In this document: in pieces, positions 9,701 through 21,172 of the stretch | How the letters are laid out: each line of letters opens with the position of its first letter | Position numbering within the stretch: position 1 is the stretch's first letter | Assembly (NCBI GenBank): GCA_964400135.1 | Contig: CAYNSW010000006.1 | Span: 41,989-105,988, forward strand | DNA: 64,000 nucleotides | From: an uncultured Rubrivivax sp. | GTDB lineage: Bacteria > Pseudomonadota > Gammaproteobacteria > Burkholderiales > Burkholderiaceae_C | Reading direction: 5' to 3' | Notes under the pieces: model-generated | Databases searched by the model: none | The model's input: the letters and a program-made list of their open reading frames with translations, nothing else | Told to the model about the DNA's origin: nothing | Position numbers and translations under genes: made by a program

Positions 9701-11413
9701 ATGACCGACCTGTCTCCTTTGCACCAAATCGCCCAGCCCCGCCCGGTTCGGGCTCCTCGGGGTGCCGAGTTGTCCTGCGCCAATTGGCTGATCGAAGCGG
9801 CCTACCGGATGATTCAAAACAACCTGGACCCCGAGGTGGCAGAGAATCCGGACGCTTTGGTGGTGTACGGAGGCATTGGCAAGGCAGCGCGCAATTGGGA
9901 ATCGTTTGAGGCTATCTTGTCCGCGTTAAGGCGCCTTCAACCCGATGAGTCGCTCCTCATCCAAAGTGGCAAGCCAGTGGGGGTATTCCGCACCCACCCG
10001 GACGCGCCGCGAGTGTTGATTGCCAACTCGAACCTGGTACCGAAGTGGGCCCACTGGGAGCACTTTGATGAGCTGGATCGCAAGGGCTTGATGATGTACG
10101 GCCAAATGACGGCCGGATCCTGGATTTATATCGGCAGCCAAGGGATCATCCAGGGTACGTATGAGACCTTCGTCGAAGCAGGGCGTCAGCACTTCGGGGG
10201 TGACCTGTCCGGCCGATGGATCCTCACCGCTGGCTTGGGCGGGATGGGGGGCGCTCAACCTTTGGCCGCCACATTCGCGGGGGCGAGTTCCCTGACCATC
10301 GAATGTCAGCAAAGCCGGATTGATTTTCGGCTGAAGACCCGCTACGTGGATGAACAGGCCCGCGACCTGGAGGACGCCTTGCAGCGGATGCGGACCTACT
10401 CTGCTCAAAAGAAGGCGATTTCGGTGGCGCTGCTGGGCAATGCTGCAGAAATATTGCCCCAGCTGGTTCGTCAGGCGCGCGAGGGGGGCTTACGTCCTGA
10501 CCTGGTCACCGACCAGACCTCCGCGCACGATTTGGTCAATGGCTATTTGCCCGCCGGCTGGACGTTGGCGCAGTGGCAGGCAGCCCGAGCCGATGATGCT
10601 CAGCACGCCGCGCTGCGCCAGGCCGCAGCGCGCAGTTGCGCCACCCATGTGAGAGCCCTTTTGGATTTCCAGGCGATGGGGATCCCCACGGTGGACTACG
10701 GCAACAACATCCGCCAGGTGGCTTTCGACGCTGGCGTCTCCAATGCATTTGAGTTTCCGGGCTTTGTGCCGGCCTACATCCGCCCCTTGTTTTGCCGAGG
10801 CAAGGGACCGTTTCGCTGGGTCGCCCTGTCGGGTGATCCGCAGGACATTCGCAAGACCGACGCCAAGATGAAGGAGCTCTTCCCGCAAGATAAGCACTTG
10901 CACCGGTGGCTGGACATGGCGGGCGAGCGAATTGCTTTTCAAGGCCTACCCGCTCGGATTTGCTGGATCGGCCTGGGTGAGCGTCATCGCGCCGGTCTGG
11001 CGTTCAACGAGATGGTCCAGCGCGGTGAGCTCAAAGCGCCTGTGGTCATCGGTCGGGACCACCTGGACAGCGGCTCGGTGGCCAGCCCCAACCGCGAGAC
11101 GGAATCCATGCGCGACGGCTCTGATGCCGTGTCGGATTGGCCGCTGCTCAACGCTTTGCTCAACACGGCAGGAGGCGCAACGTGGGTCAGTCTGCACCAT
11201 GGCGGTGGAGTGGGCATGGGCTACTCCCAACACGCAGGTGTGGTCATCGTGTGCGACGGGTCGCCAGAGGCCGCGCAGCGCATAAAAAGGGTGTTGTGGA
11301 ATGACCCGGCCACGGGTGTGATGCGGCATGCCGATGCCGGCTACGCCGATGCCATTGAGTGCGCGCACGCGCAGGGTTTGGATTTGCCCATGGTGCACGC
11401 GGCCGAGCGTTGA
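9701..11413 (+). CDS. hutU: Urocanate hydratase
   Basis: [58 protein letters not shown]; GGAG RBS before MTDLS. Confidence 0.97.
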   Translation: MTDLSPLHQIAQPRPVRAPRGAELSCANWLIEAAYRMIQNNLDPEVAENPDALVVYGGIGKAARNWESFEAILSALRRLQPDESLLIQSGKPVGVFRTHPDAPRVLIANSNLVPKWAHWEHFDELDRKGLMMYGQMTAGSWIYIGSQGIIQGTYETFVEAGRQHFGGDLSGRWILTAGLGGMGGAQPLAATFAGASSLTIECQQSRIDFRLKTRYVDEQARDLEDALQRMRTYSAQKKAISVALLGNAAEILPQLVRQAREGGLRPDLVTDQTSAHDLVNGYLPAGWTLAQWQAARADDAQHAALRQAAARSCATHVRALLDFQAMGIPTVDYGNNIRQVAFDAGVSNAFEFPGFVPAYIRPLFCRGKGPFRWVALSGDPQDIRKTDAKMKELFPQDKHLHRWLDMAGERIAFQGLPARICWIGLGERHRAGLAFNEMVQRGELKAPVVIGRDHLDSGSVASPNRETESMRDGSDAVSDWPLLNALLNTAGGATWVSLHHGGGVGMGYSQHAGVVIVCDGSPEAAQRIKRVLWNDPATGVMRHADAGYADAIECAHAQGLDLPMVHAAER

Positions 11414-11467
11414 TTGACCGGCAGCGCAACGCCTCCTCAACCCATCAGTCGCCGTGAGCCCTTGCCC

Positions 11468-13006
11468 ATGATGTTACGGCCGGGCCACTTGCAGCTAGAG
11501 GACTTGCAGCGGCTGCACACGGGTGAGGTGTCGTTGCATTTGGATCCGCAGGCGATAGGGCCTATCCAAGCGGGTGCTGCCGCCGTGCGCACTGCGGCCT
11601 CGGGCGGCGCAGCGGTATACGGTGTGAACACCGGATTTGGCAAGTTGGCCAGCACGCGGATTGAACAAGCCGATCTGCAGGCGCTGCAGCAGCGCCTGAT
11701 TCGGTCGCACTGCGTGGGTGTGGGCAGCCCTTTGCCTGCGGCCGTGGTGCGGCTGATCCTCGCCTTGAAAGCATCCAGTTTGGCGCGTGGCTATTCCGGC
11801 GTAAGACCGGTTGTTGTGCAAGCGCTCATTGCGGCTTATAACGCTGGCGTGGTGCCCTGGATCCCATCTCAGGGTTCCGTGGGCGCCTCAGGGGACTTGG
11901 CCCCGCTGGCGCACCTCACGCTTGCCCTGATGGGTGAGGGCGAGTGCTGGGTGCAGGGGCAGCGGCAAAGTGCCTCGGCGGTCTTGGCTGAAAAGGGCTT
12001 GGCCCCTCTGCATCTGGAGCCCAAGGAGGGACTGGCCCTGATCAACGGCACTCAAGTGTCCACGGCCCTGGCGCTGCACGCCTTGTTCAGCTTCGAACCT
12101 GTGCTCGAGTCGGCCTTGGTCATCGGCGCGCTGACAGTCGATGCGGCGCGGGGCAGCGACGGTCCGTTCGATCCGCGCATTCATGCACTGCGGGGACAGC
12201 CCGGCCAGATGGATGTGGCCCACTACTACCGCAAGCTACTGGATGGAAGCGCCATCCGATCCTCCCATCGAGAAGGTGATGACCGGGTTCAGGACCCCTA
12301 TTGCCTCAGATGTCAGCCCCAGGTGGTGGGTGCATGCCTCGATCAGCTGCGTCACGCGGCCTTGGTCTTGCTCAGAGAGGCCAATGCCGTGACCGACAAT
12401 CCACTGGTCTTCGCCGATGAGGGCCAACTCGTCAGCGGTGGAAATTTCCACGCGGAGCCCGTGGCGCTGGCGGCAGATGCGATGGCCGTGGCCATCGCCG
12501 AAGTCGGCGCCATCGCCGAGCGGCGAATTGCCATGCTCATCGATGCCCATGTGTCGCAATTGCCGCCGTTTTTAAGCGCTGATGCAGGGCTGAACAGCGG
12601 ATTCATGATCGCGCATGTTACCGCTGCGGCCTTGGCCAGTGAGAACAAGTCGCTGGCGCATCCGGCCAGTGTGGACTCCCTGCCCACCAGCGCCAACCAA
12701 GAAGACCACGTGAGCATGGCCACCTTTGCGGCACGCAGGTTGCAAGCCATGATCGACAACGTGGCGCATATCCTGGGTATCGAATGGCTGGCAGCGGCGC
12801 AGGGCATCGAATTCTTGCGTCCTTTGCGCAGCAGCGCGCCATTGGAACAAGCGCATCGCATCTTGCGCGAGCACGTGGACCCTATGCCGGTTGATCGCTA
12901 CCTGGCTCCCGACATCGAAGCGGCCAGCGCTCTGGTTCGACAAGGCGCGCTGTCTCAAACCTTCAACGCCTTGCCCGACCTACCCGCCCTGTGGGTACCT
13001 GCCTGA
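11468..13006 (+). CDS. hutH: Histidine ammonia-lyase
   Basis: [11 protein letters not shown]-forming [43 protein letters not shown]; start uncertain between 11414 and 11471. Confidence 0.96.
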   Translation: MMLRPGHLQLEDLQRLHTGEVSLHLDPQAIGPIQAGAAAVRTAASGGAAVYGVNTGFGKLASTRIEQADLQALQQRLIRSHCVGVGSPLPAAVVRLILALKASSLARGYSGVRPVVVQALIAAYNAGVVPWIPSQGSVGASGDLAPLAHLTLALMGEGECWVQGQRQSASAVLAEKGLAPLHLEPKEGLALINGTQVSTALALHALFSFEPVLESALVIGALTVDAARGSDGPFDPRIHALRGQPGQMDVAHYYRKLLDGSAIRSSHREGDDRVQDPYCLRCQPQVVGACLDQLRHAALVLLREANAVTDNPLVFADEGQLVSGGNFHAEPVALAADAMAVAIAEVGAIAERRIAMLIDAHVSQLPPFLSADAGLNSGFMIAHVTAAALASENKSLAHPASVDSLPTSANQEDHVSMATFAARRLQAMIDNVAHILGIEWLAAAQGIEFLRPLRSSAPLEQAHRILREHVDPMPVDRYLAPDIEAASALVRQGALSQTFNALPDLPALWVPA

Positions 13007-14211
13007 AGATTTTCTGGGCCGTGTGGGGTCTCGGGTGGTGTGCGCTGGCCCAAGCGACCCTCACCATTCCCGTTCGCATCGACATGCGCGCATCCATTGC
13101 GGCGGGTGACTTTGATCCCCAGCGCGACACCGTGGGGGTTCGGGGCAGCCATGCGCCGCTGTCGTGGGCCAGGTCTTTGCTAGCCCGTGCGGTCGGCTCG
13201 GGGTGGTACCACGTCGACATCACTTTCGAGCGGGTGCCTTATGGAGGCCAACCCGTCCAGTACAAGTTTCGCATCGAGCGGCCTGGTCAGTCACCGAACC
13301 AAGGCTGGGAGCAGGGGCGCAATCACACCATGAACTTACGCGGTACCGCGGCGCTGGAGCGTGCGTTTGGGGCGGTACCCGCAGCGGCCGAGTGGACGCG
13401 GGTGGGGCACATTGAGCGCCTGGGATTCGTGGATTCGCAGTTCGTGGCCAGGCGTCAGGTGCAGGTCTGGTTGCCGCCTGCCTATCGCCTGCAGCCCGAG
13501 CGACGCTTTCCGGTGCTTTACCTGCACGATGGCCAAAATGTTTTCGACGGTGAGTCGGCAGGTGGCGAATGGATGTTCGATGAAACGGCGCAACGACTGG
13601 CGCTGGCCTGCGTCATTGATGCCCCGATCATTGTGGCGGTGGACAGTGTGGCCAGTCGTATCGACGACTACACCCCCACACGTGTGACCTGGCCTGCGCA
13701 GCGAACCGGCTCGGCTCACCCCCAAGCTGTGGGAGGTGGCGCTGCAGCCTACGGCAAATTCCTGACCGACGAGCTCAAGCCCCTGATCGATGCACGCTAC
13801 CGAACCCGACCGGAGCGCGCCAGCACCTCCGTGGGGGGATCTTCCCTGGGCGGCTTGGTGTCGCTGTGGCTGGCCTGGCAGCGCAGTGACGTCTTCGGTG
13901 CAGCGCTGGTGGTCTCGCCTTCTCTGTGGTGGGACGATGCGTGGGCACAAAGAGAAGCTCAGCGTATGCCTCATGCCGCCACACCGCGGGCCCGTTTGTG
14001 GCTGGACATGGGCCACCAAGAGGGCCAGGACGGCCTGACCGCCGCCCGACGCTTGTATGCGTCGTTGCGTTTGGCAGGCTGGGATGCTGGCTCCCTGGCC
14101 TACATCGAGGATGAGCAAGGCGGCCACGACGAGGCCAGTTGGGCATCGCGCGTGGAGGGAATGCTGCGCTTTCTCTACCCGTCATCGGCCAATCCTAGGG
14201 TTTGTCATTAG
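12991..14211 (+). CDS. Probably exported esterase (alpha/beta hydrolase) with an N-terminal CBM20-like domain
   Basis: Signal-like N-terminus ending ALAQA; [23 protein letters not shown] resembles CBM20; [24 protein letters not shown]. Confidence 0.75.
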   Translation: MGTCLKIFWAVWGLGWCALAQATLTIPVRIDMRASIAAGDFDPQRDTVGVRGSHAPLSWARSLLARAVGSGWYHVDITFERVPYGGQPVQYKFRIERPGQSPNQGWEQGRNHTMNLRGTAALERAFGAVPAAAEWTRVGHIERLGFVDSQFVARRQVQVWLPPAYRLQPERRFPVLYLHDGQNVFDGESAGGEWMFDETAQRLALACVIDAPIIVAVDSVASRIDDYTPTRVTWPAQRTGSAHPQAVGGGAAAYGKFLTDELKPLIDARYRTRPERASTSVGGSSLGGLVSLWLAWQRSDVFGAALVVSPSLWWDDAWAQREAQRMPHAATPRARLWLDMGHQEGQDGLTAARRLYASLRLAGWDAGSLAYIEDEQGGHDEASWASRVEGMLRFLYPSSANPRVCH

Positions 14212-14262
14212 CTGCAGATACCCCCACGGAAGGGCTGCCGATGCCTCATCTTCAGCCAGGGT

Positions 14263-14271
14263 TGCTATGCT
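14263..14271 (+). promoter_or_regulatory. Extended -10 promoter (TG-C-TATGCT) for the ABC transporter operon
   Basis: TGCTATGCT about 93 nt upstream of the ATG at 14365. Confidence 0.45.
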
Positions 14272-14364
14272 CGGCTCTTGAAACTTTTGCGGGCCCTCGC
14301 CCGGTCCCGTGGCCGGCCGCAGTGGCAATTCAGACCCCTTGATTTCGACTCAGGAGTACTTCTC

Positions 14365-15318
14365 ATGAAAAAGCTTGTTCCCGTGCTGGCGGCTTTGGCG
14401 CTGGGCGCCGCGTCTTGGGGCGTTGCTGCCCAGGAAACCAAGTTGTCCATTGGCATTTCAGGCTGGACTGGGTTTGCCCCACTGACCTTGGCCAAGGAAG
14501 CCGGACTGTTCAAGAAGCACGGCCTGGACGTCTCGATCAAGAAAATCCCCCAAAAGGATCGTCACCTGGCGATCGCCTCGGGCGATATCCAATGTGCGGC
14601 GACCACGGTCGAGACATGGATCGTGTGGAACGCCAATGGCGTTGCCACCACGCAGATCTTCCAACTCGACAAGAGCTTCGGGGCTGATGGCATGGTGGTC
14701 AAGCCTGGCATCAACAGCATCAAGGACATCAAGGGCAAGACGGTGGCCGCCAGCGCACCGGGCACGGCGCCGTACTTCACGCTCGCGTGGATGCTGCGTG
14801 AAAACGGCATGAGCCTCAAGGATGTCAAGGTTGTCAATCTCGAGCCCCAGGCGGCCGCCAATGCCATCATTGCGGGCACGGCTGGTGTGGATGTGGCCAT
14901 GACTTACGAGCCTTTCCTCAGTGCCGTGCGCGCCAAGCCCGAGGCGGGCAAGATCATTGCCACCACGCTGGATTACCCGATGATCATGGATACCTTCGGA
15001 TGCACGCCTAAGTTCCTGGCCGACAACCCCCGTGCGGCCAAGGCGCTGGCCGACGCTTACTTTGATGCAGTGGCCATGATCAAGGCTGAACCCAAGAAGA
15101 GTTTTGAGATCATGGGTGCAGACGTCAAGCAAACGGGCGAGCAGTTTGAGAACAGCCAGAAGTTTTTGCGCTGGCAAGACCGTGAGGCCAACCTGAAGTT
15201 CTTCGCCGGTGAGCACGCATCGTTCAGCAAGAAGGCCGCCGAAATTCTGTTGGAAGCGGGCATCATCAAGGCCGTCCCCGACCTGAGCAAGCTCGCGGAC
15301 ACCCGTTTTCTGCGCTGA
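14365..15318 (+). CDS. NitT/TauT (SsuA/THI5-like) ABC transporter substrate-binding protein
   Basis: Signal peptide MKKLVPVLAALALGAASWGVAA, GWTGFAPLTLAKEAG, IKDIKGKTVA, TYEPF; AGGAG RBS. Confidence 0.88.
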   Translation: MKKLVPVLAALALGAASWGVAAQETKLSIGISGWTGFAPLTLAKEAGLFKKHGLDVSIKKIPQKDRHLAIASGDIQCAATTVETWIVWNANGVATTQIFQLDKSFGADGMVVKPGINSIKDIKGKTVAASAPGTAPYFTLAWMLRENGMSLKDVKVVNLEPQAAANAIIAGTAGVDVAMTYEPFLSAVRAKPEAGKIIATTLDYPMIMDTFGCTPKFLADNPRAAKALADAYFDAVAMIKAEPKKSFEIMGADVKQTGEQFENSQKFLRWQDREANLKFFAGEHASFSKKAAEILLEAGIIKAVPDLSKLADTRFLR

Positions 15319-15333
15319 CAGCTGCACCACCTC

Positions 15334-16113
15334 GTGAAACCGCTGACCCCCGTCTCCGCCGGGGCCCGCGTGGCCCTTGGCGTGTCGTTCTTCGTCTTGT
15401 TCGTGGCGGCCTGGGCTGTGGCCACCCTAGGCGGGTTTGTCAGCAAGACCTTCCTGGCCGATCCGCTGACCATGTTGCGAAGCGGCTACCTCCTGCTCAC
15501 CGAGATGGAGTTTGGCTGGGATATCGCCATGACCGTGTGGCGTGTGGTGGGGGGCTTCATCATTGCCGCGGCGATTGCCCTGCCTTTGGGCGTGGCCATG
15601 GGGGCCTATAAGCCCATCGAGGCTTTTTTTGAGCCTTTTGTGAGCTTTGCGCGCTACCTGCCCGCCAGCGCCTTCATTCCTCTGCTGATTTTGTGGGCCG
15701 GCATTGGCGAAGCGCAAAAGCTCGCCCTGATCTTCATTGGGAGCTTTTTCCAGTTGGTGTTGATGATCGCGGTGATTGTGGGCAACACCCGGCGGGATTT
15801 GGTGGAGGCCGCCTACACCCTGGGGGTGGGAGACCGCTCGCTGATTTGGCGCGTCCTCATTCCCGGGGCCGCGCCTGAGATCGCAGAGACCTTGCGTATG
15901 GTGCTGGGATGGGCCTGGACCTACGTGATCGTGGCTGAATTGATCGGGGCTTCCAGTGGCATCGGACACATGATCACCGACAGCCAGGCGTTATTGGCCA
16001 CCGACCAGATCATCTTTGGCATCATCGTCATCGGATTGATTGGCTTGGTGAGCGACTACCTGTTCAAGGCGGCCAACCGGCGCCTATTCCCTTGGGCGGC
16101 TTTGGGCCGCTGA
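15334..16113 (+). CDS. NitT/TauT ABC transporter permease
   Basis: Multi-TM protein; EAA loop LVEAAYTLG; WAWTYVIVAELIGASSGIGH. Confidence 0.9.
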   Translation: MKPLTPVSAGARVALGVSFFVLFVAAWAVATLGGFVSKTFLADPLTMLRSGYLLLTEMEFGWDIAMTVWRVVGGFIIAAAIALPLGVAMGAYKPIEAFFEPFVSFARYLPASAFIPLLILWAGIGEAQKLALIFIGSFFQLVLMIAVIVGNTRRDLVEAAYTLGVGDRSLIWRVLIPGAAPEIAETLRMVLGWAWTYVIVAELIGASSGIGHMITDSQALLATDQIIFGIIVIGLIGLVSDYLFKAANRRLFPWAALGR

Positions 16114-16123
16114 GGTTGAAGCC

Positions 16124-16927
16124 ATGAGTCAGTCTCCCATTTTGCGTATCCAAGGGGTGGAGCGCCGGTTTTCCAGTGTCAGTGGATCCACCTTGGCCCT
16201 GGAGTCCACCAACCTGGAGGTGATGGAAAACGATTTCATCACCATCTTGGGGCCCAGCGGTTGTGGCAAGAGCACCTTGCTGCGCATCGTGGCGGGGCTG
16301 GATCAGCCCACCGCCGGACAAGTCCTGTTGGAGGGTCAGCAGGTCAGGGGCCCGGGTGCCGACCGGGGCATGGTGTTTCAAAGCTATACCCTCTTTCCTT
16401 GGCTGAGCGTGCTGGAAAACGTCTGCTTCGGGCTGCGCGAGCGAGGTTGGTCACGCGAGCAGCAACTCGACACGGCTCACCGTTTCATTCAGCAAGTGGG
16501 ACTGGCTGGATTTGAGCACCACTACCCCAAGCAGCTCTCAGGCGGTATGCAGCAAAGGACGGCCTTGGCACGGGCATTGGCCAACGACCCCCGCATCCTG
16601 CTGATGGATGAGCCTTTCGGCGCATTGGATCATCAAACCCGAGAGTTGATGCAAGAGCTCTTGCTCGAATTGTGGGAGCGACAGGCCAAGACGGTCTTGT
16701 TTGTCACCCACGATATTGACGAAGCCGTCTTCATGGGCAGCACGGTGGTGGTGATGAGCGCACGGCCTGGCCGCATCAAGGTCTGCGAGCCCGTGGACTT
16801 GCCCCATCCGCGTCACTACTCGATCAAGACCTCAGCCGCATTTTCGGCGCTCAAGAGCTCCTTGACCGAAGCGGTGCGTGCTGAAGTGCGCGCCGCTGCG
16901 CAGCTGGGGGCCGTGGTCAGCGCCTGA
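16124..16927 (+). CDS. NitT/TauT ABC transporter ATP-binding protein
   Basis: GPSGCGKST, LSGGMQQR, LLMDEPFGALD, FVTHDIDEA. Confidence 0.95.
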   Translation: MSQSPILRIQGVERRFSSVSGSTLALESTNLEVMENDFITILGPSGCGKSTLLRIVAGLDQPTAGQVLLEGQQVRGPGADRGMVFQSYTLFPWLSVLENVCFGLRERGWSREQQLDTAHRFIQQVGLAGFEHHYPKQLSGGMQQRTALARALANDPRILLMDEPFGALDHQTRELMQELLLELWERQAKTVLFVTHDIDEAVFMGSTVVVMSARPGRIKVCEPVDLPHPRHYSIKTSAAFSALKSSLTEAVRAEVRAAAQLGAVVSA

Positions 16928-16952
16928 TGTTGGCGGGGTGTCAACCCGCGCC

Positions 16953-19228
<2,276 letters not shown>

Positions 19229-20272
19229 TTATCGGCTGGAGCTCTCGCGAAGCCACGATGTGGCTTGCAATCGGCCCACCTCGATGCCGTTCCAGTTTTT
19301 CAGGGCCACGTCGCTGAGGCTTCGAACAAATTCGCCTTCATCGGCACTCAGCGGCAAGAGCCTCTCGACCAAGGCGGCCATCACCACCTCGCAGGCCCGC
19401 GCGTTATTGCCGTCATCCATTTTCAATGCCACACCCAGTCCCAGCTCGGGCAGGCAGGCGCAGTAGACCGCTTCGGCGCCCACTTTGCAAAACACCCGCT
19501 CACCTAAGCGTTCCATGAGGCGAGTGTCCATACGGCCCGTACCCGCCACCATGAAAGGGGCCCGCGCCACGGCCTGCCGAAGACGAAGCGCAGCTCGAGC
19601 CTGACCTGGCCGCAGTCCCACACCGGTACCCAGGCGCGCAAATGCCAAAGCCAGGTGTCGCAAGGGAATGGCGTAGGTGGGGATGGAGCATCCATCCACG
19701 CCGCGCGCAGTCTGAGACAAATCAAAACCAGTGGTGGATGCCAAGGAGGCCGTCACCTCGCGCATGATGGGGTGGTCAGGCTGAATGTAGCCCTTGACGA
19801 AGGCTGTCACGTCCTGGCCCTGGGCCATCAGGCAGCCCAGACAGATAAACCCCGAATGCTTGCCCGAGCAGTTATTGTTCAACGCGTTGGGCATGCGCCC
19901 GGCTGCGGCCAAGGCTTTGGTGGCGCCATCAAAAGAGGGCCATTGGGTGCCGCATTCCAGGCTGTGCAGATCCACCCCAGCCTTGTGCAGCATCGACAAG
20001 GCCGTGGTCACATGGCGCTCCTCGCCCCCGTGGGAGGCACAGGTCAGCGCGAGTTCCTCGTCCGTGAGGCCCAGATGCTGGGCAGCCCCGCTCTCCACGA
20101 CGGGCAGAGCCTGCAAGACCTTCACGGCGGAGCGAGGAAACACCGGCCGATCGATGTCTCCCCACGCCGTATGGACCGCACCTTGCGCATCGACGATGGC
20201 CACGGCGCCACGGTGCTGGGACTCCACGATGCCCCCGCGCAGGGCGTGAACCAGGATGGGATGGGTTGACAT
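19229..20272 (-). CDS. Class 3 (rhizobial-type) L-asparaginase
   Basis: RGGIVES.H, FPRSAVK, ASHGGE, NNCSGKH, DGC, KVGAEAV. Confidence 0.88.
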   Translation of the reverse strand: MSTHPILVHALRGGIVESQHRGAVAIVDAQGAVHTAWGDIDRPVFPRSAVKVLQALPVVESGAAQHLGLTDEELALTCASHGGEERHVTTALSMLHKAGVDLHSLECGTQWPSFDGATKALAAAGRMPNALNNNCSGKHSGFICLGCLMAQGQDVTAFVKGYIQPDHPIMREVTASLASTTGFDLSQTARGVDGCSIPTYAIPLRHLALAFARLGTGVGLRPGQARAALRLRQAVARAPFMVAGTGRMDTRLMERLGERVFCKVGAEAVYCACLPELGLGVALKMDDGNNARACEVVMAALVERLLPLSADEGEFVRSLSDVALKNWNGIEVGRLQATSWLRESSSR

Positions 20273-20323
20273 GGCCACACTGTAACCAAATGCCGAATCG
20301 GCTGCACCGTCACAATGCGGCTC

Positions 20324-21151
20324 ATGGTCCATCAAAAACCACCCGAGTCGGTTCTTTGGGGCGTTGACTTCACCAGCGCACCCGGCCCCCGAAAGCCCAT
20401 CACGGTGGCACGTGGTCGCATGCACGGGCATGTTGTGGTGTTGGCTGGCGTTGAGGCGTTGCCCGATTGGGCCAGCTTTGAGGCCTGGATTGCCCAGCCT
20501 GGCCCCTGGGTGGGCGGTTTTGATTTTCCGTTGGGCTTGCCCCGAGTTTTTGTGGAAGACCTTCAGTTGGGGCATACCGCAGCGCAGGTCATACAGTCGT
20601 TGCGTCGGCGCTGTCCGCAGCGCATGGATTTTCGCTCCTTGGTCGACCAATGGGGGCAAGGCCGGCCACCTGGCCATCGACTGGTGCACCGCCGCGCAGA
20701 TACCAGTCTGCCGGGGGTAACCTCCACCAGTCCGTTGCAGACCCGATACGTGCCCGTGGGGTTCATGTACTACGAAGGGCTGTGGCGTCTCCTCCAATCG
20801 GGCGTTAGCTTGCCGAGGTTGCATCAGGCCGATCCTCAGCGCATTGCGCTGGAGGCTTATCCCGGCCTACTGGCTCACCAACTCATTGGACCTCGTTCCT
20901 ATAAAAACCAAGACAGCCCAGACCGACTGATGGCGCGAAAGGACCTGCTGGAGCGATTGGAGCAGGGTCATCCCTTTGGGGTGCGATTGAAAATGACCCA
21001 CGCGCAGCGCGATGCCCTGGCCCACGAGGTCAGCGCGGATCGCCTGGATGCTGTGTTGTGCTTGATGCAGACTGCTTGGGCCGTCGGTCAAACCGACTAT
21101 GGCTTACCGGTCGATGTCGACCCCGTGGAGGGGTGGATTCTCACAGCATGA
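20324..21151 (+). CDS. DUF429 family protein (predicted RNase H-like nuclease)
   Basis: GVDFTSAP, GGFDFPLGLPR, LEAYPG, DRLDAVLC acidic motif set; start placed at the ATG 7 nt after CACAAT. Confidence 0.8.
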   Translation: MVHQKPPESVLWGVDFTSAPGPRKPITVARGRMHGHVVVLAGVEALPDWASFEAWIAQPGPWVGGFDFPLGLPRVFVEDLQLGHTAAQVIQSLRRRCPQRMDFRSLVDQWGQGRPPGHRLVHRRADTSLPGVTSTSPLQTRYVPVGFMYYEGLWRLLQSGVSLPRLHQADPQRIALEAYPGLLAHQLIGPRSYKNQDSPDRLMARKDLLERLEQGHPFGVRLKMTHAQRDALAHEVSADRLDAVLCLMQTAWAVGQTDYGLPVDVDPVEGWILTA

Positions 21152-21172
21152 AGGCTGGGTGAAGCGCTCCTC

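Noticed and set aside
14221-14234. CCCCC-ACGG-AAGGG, resembling a guanidine-II (mini-ykkC) hairpin before the ABC operon
   Set aside because: The stem does not close a 4-nt ACGR loop, there is no second hairpin, and it lies upstream of the predicted -10; no guanidine-I or -III consensus seen
14458-15330. 290-aa antisense ORF, and similar long shadow ORFs (54320-55492, 50034-50795, 51911-52807, 33402-34355)
   Set aside because: Each lies opposite a well-supported gene and has no motifs; expected from the codon bias of GC-rich DNA
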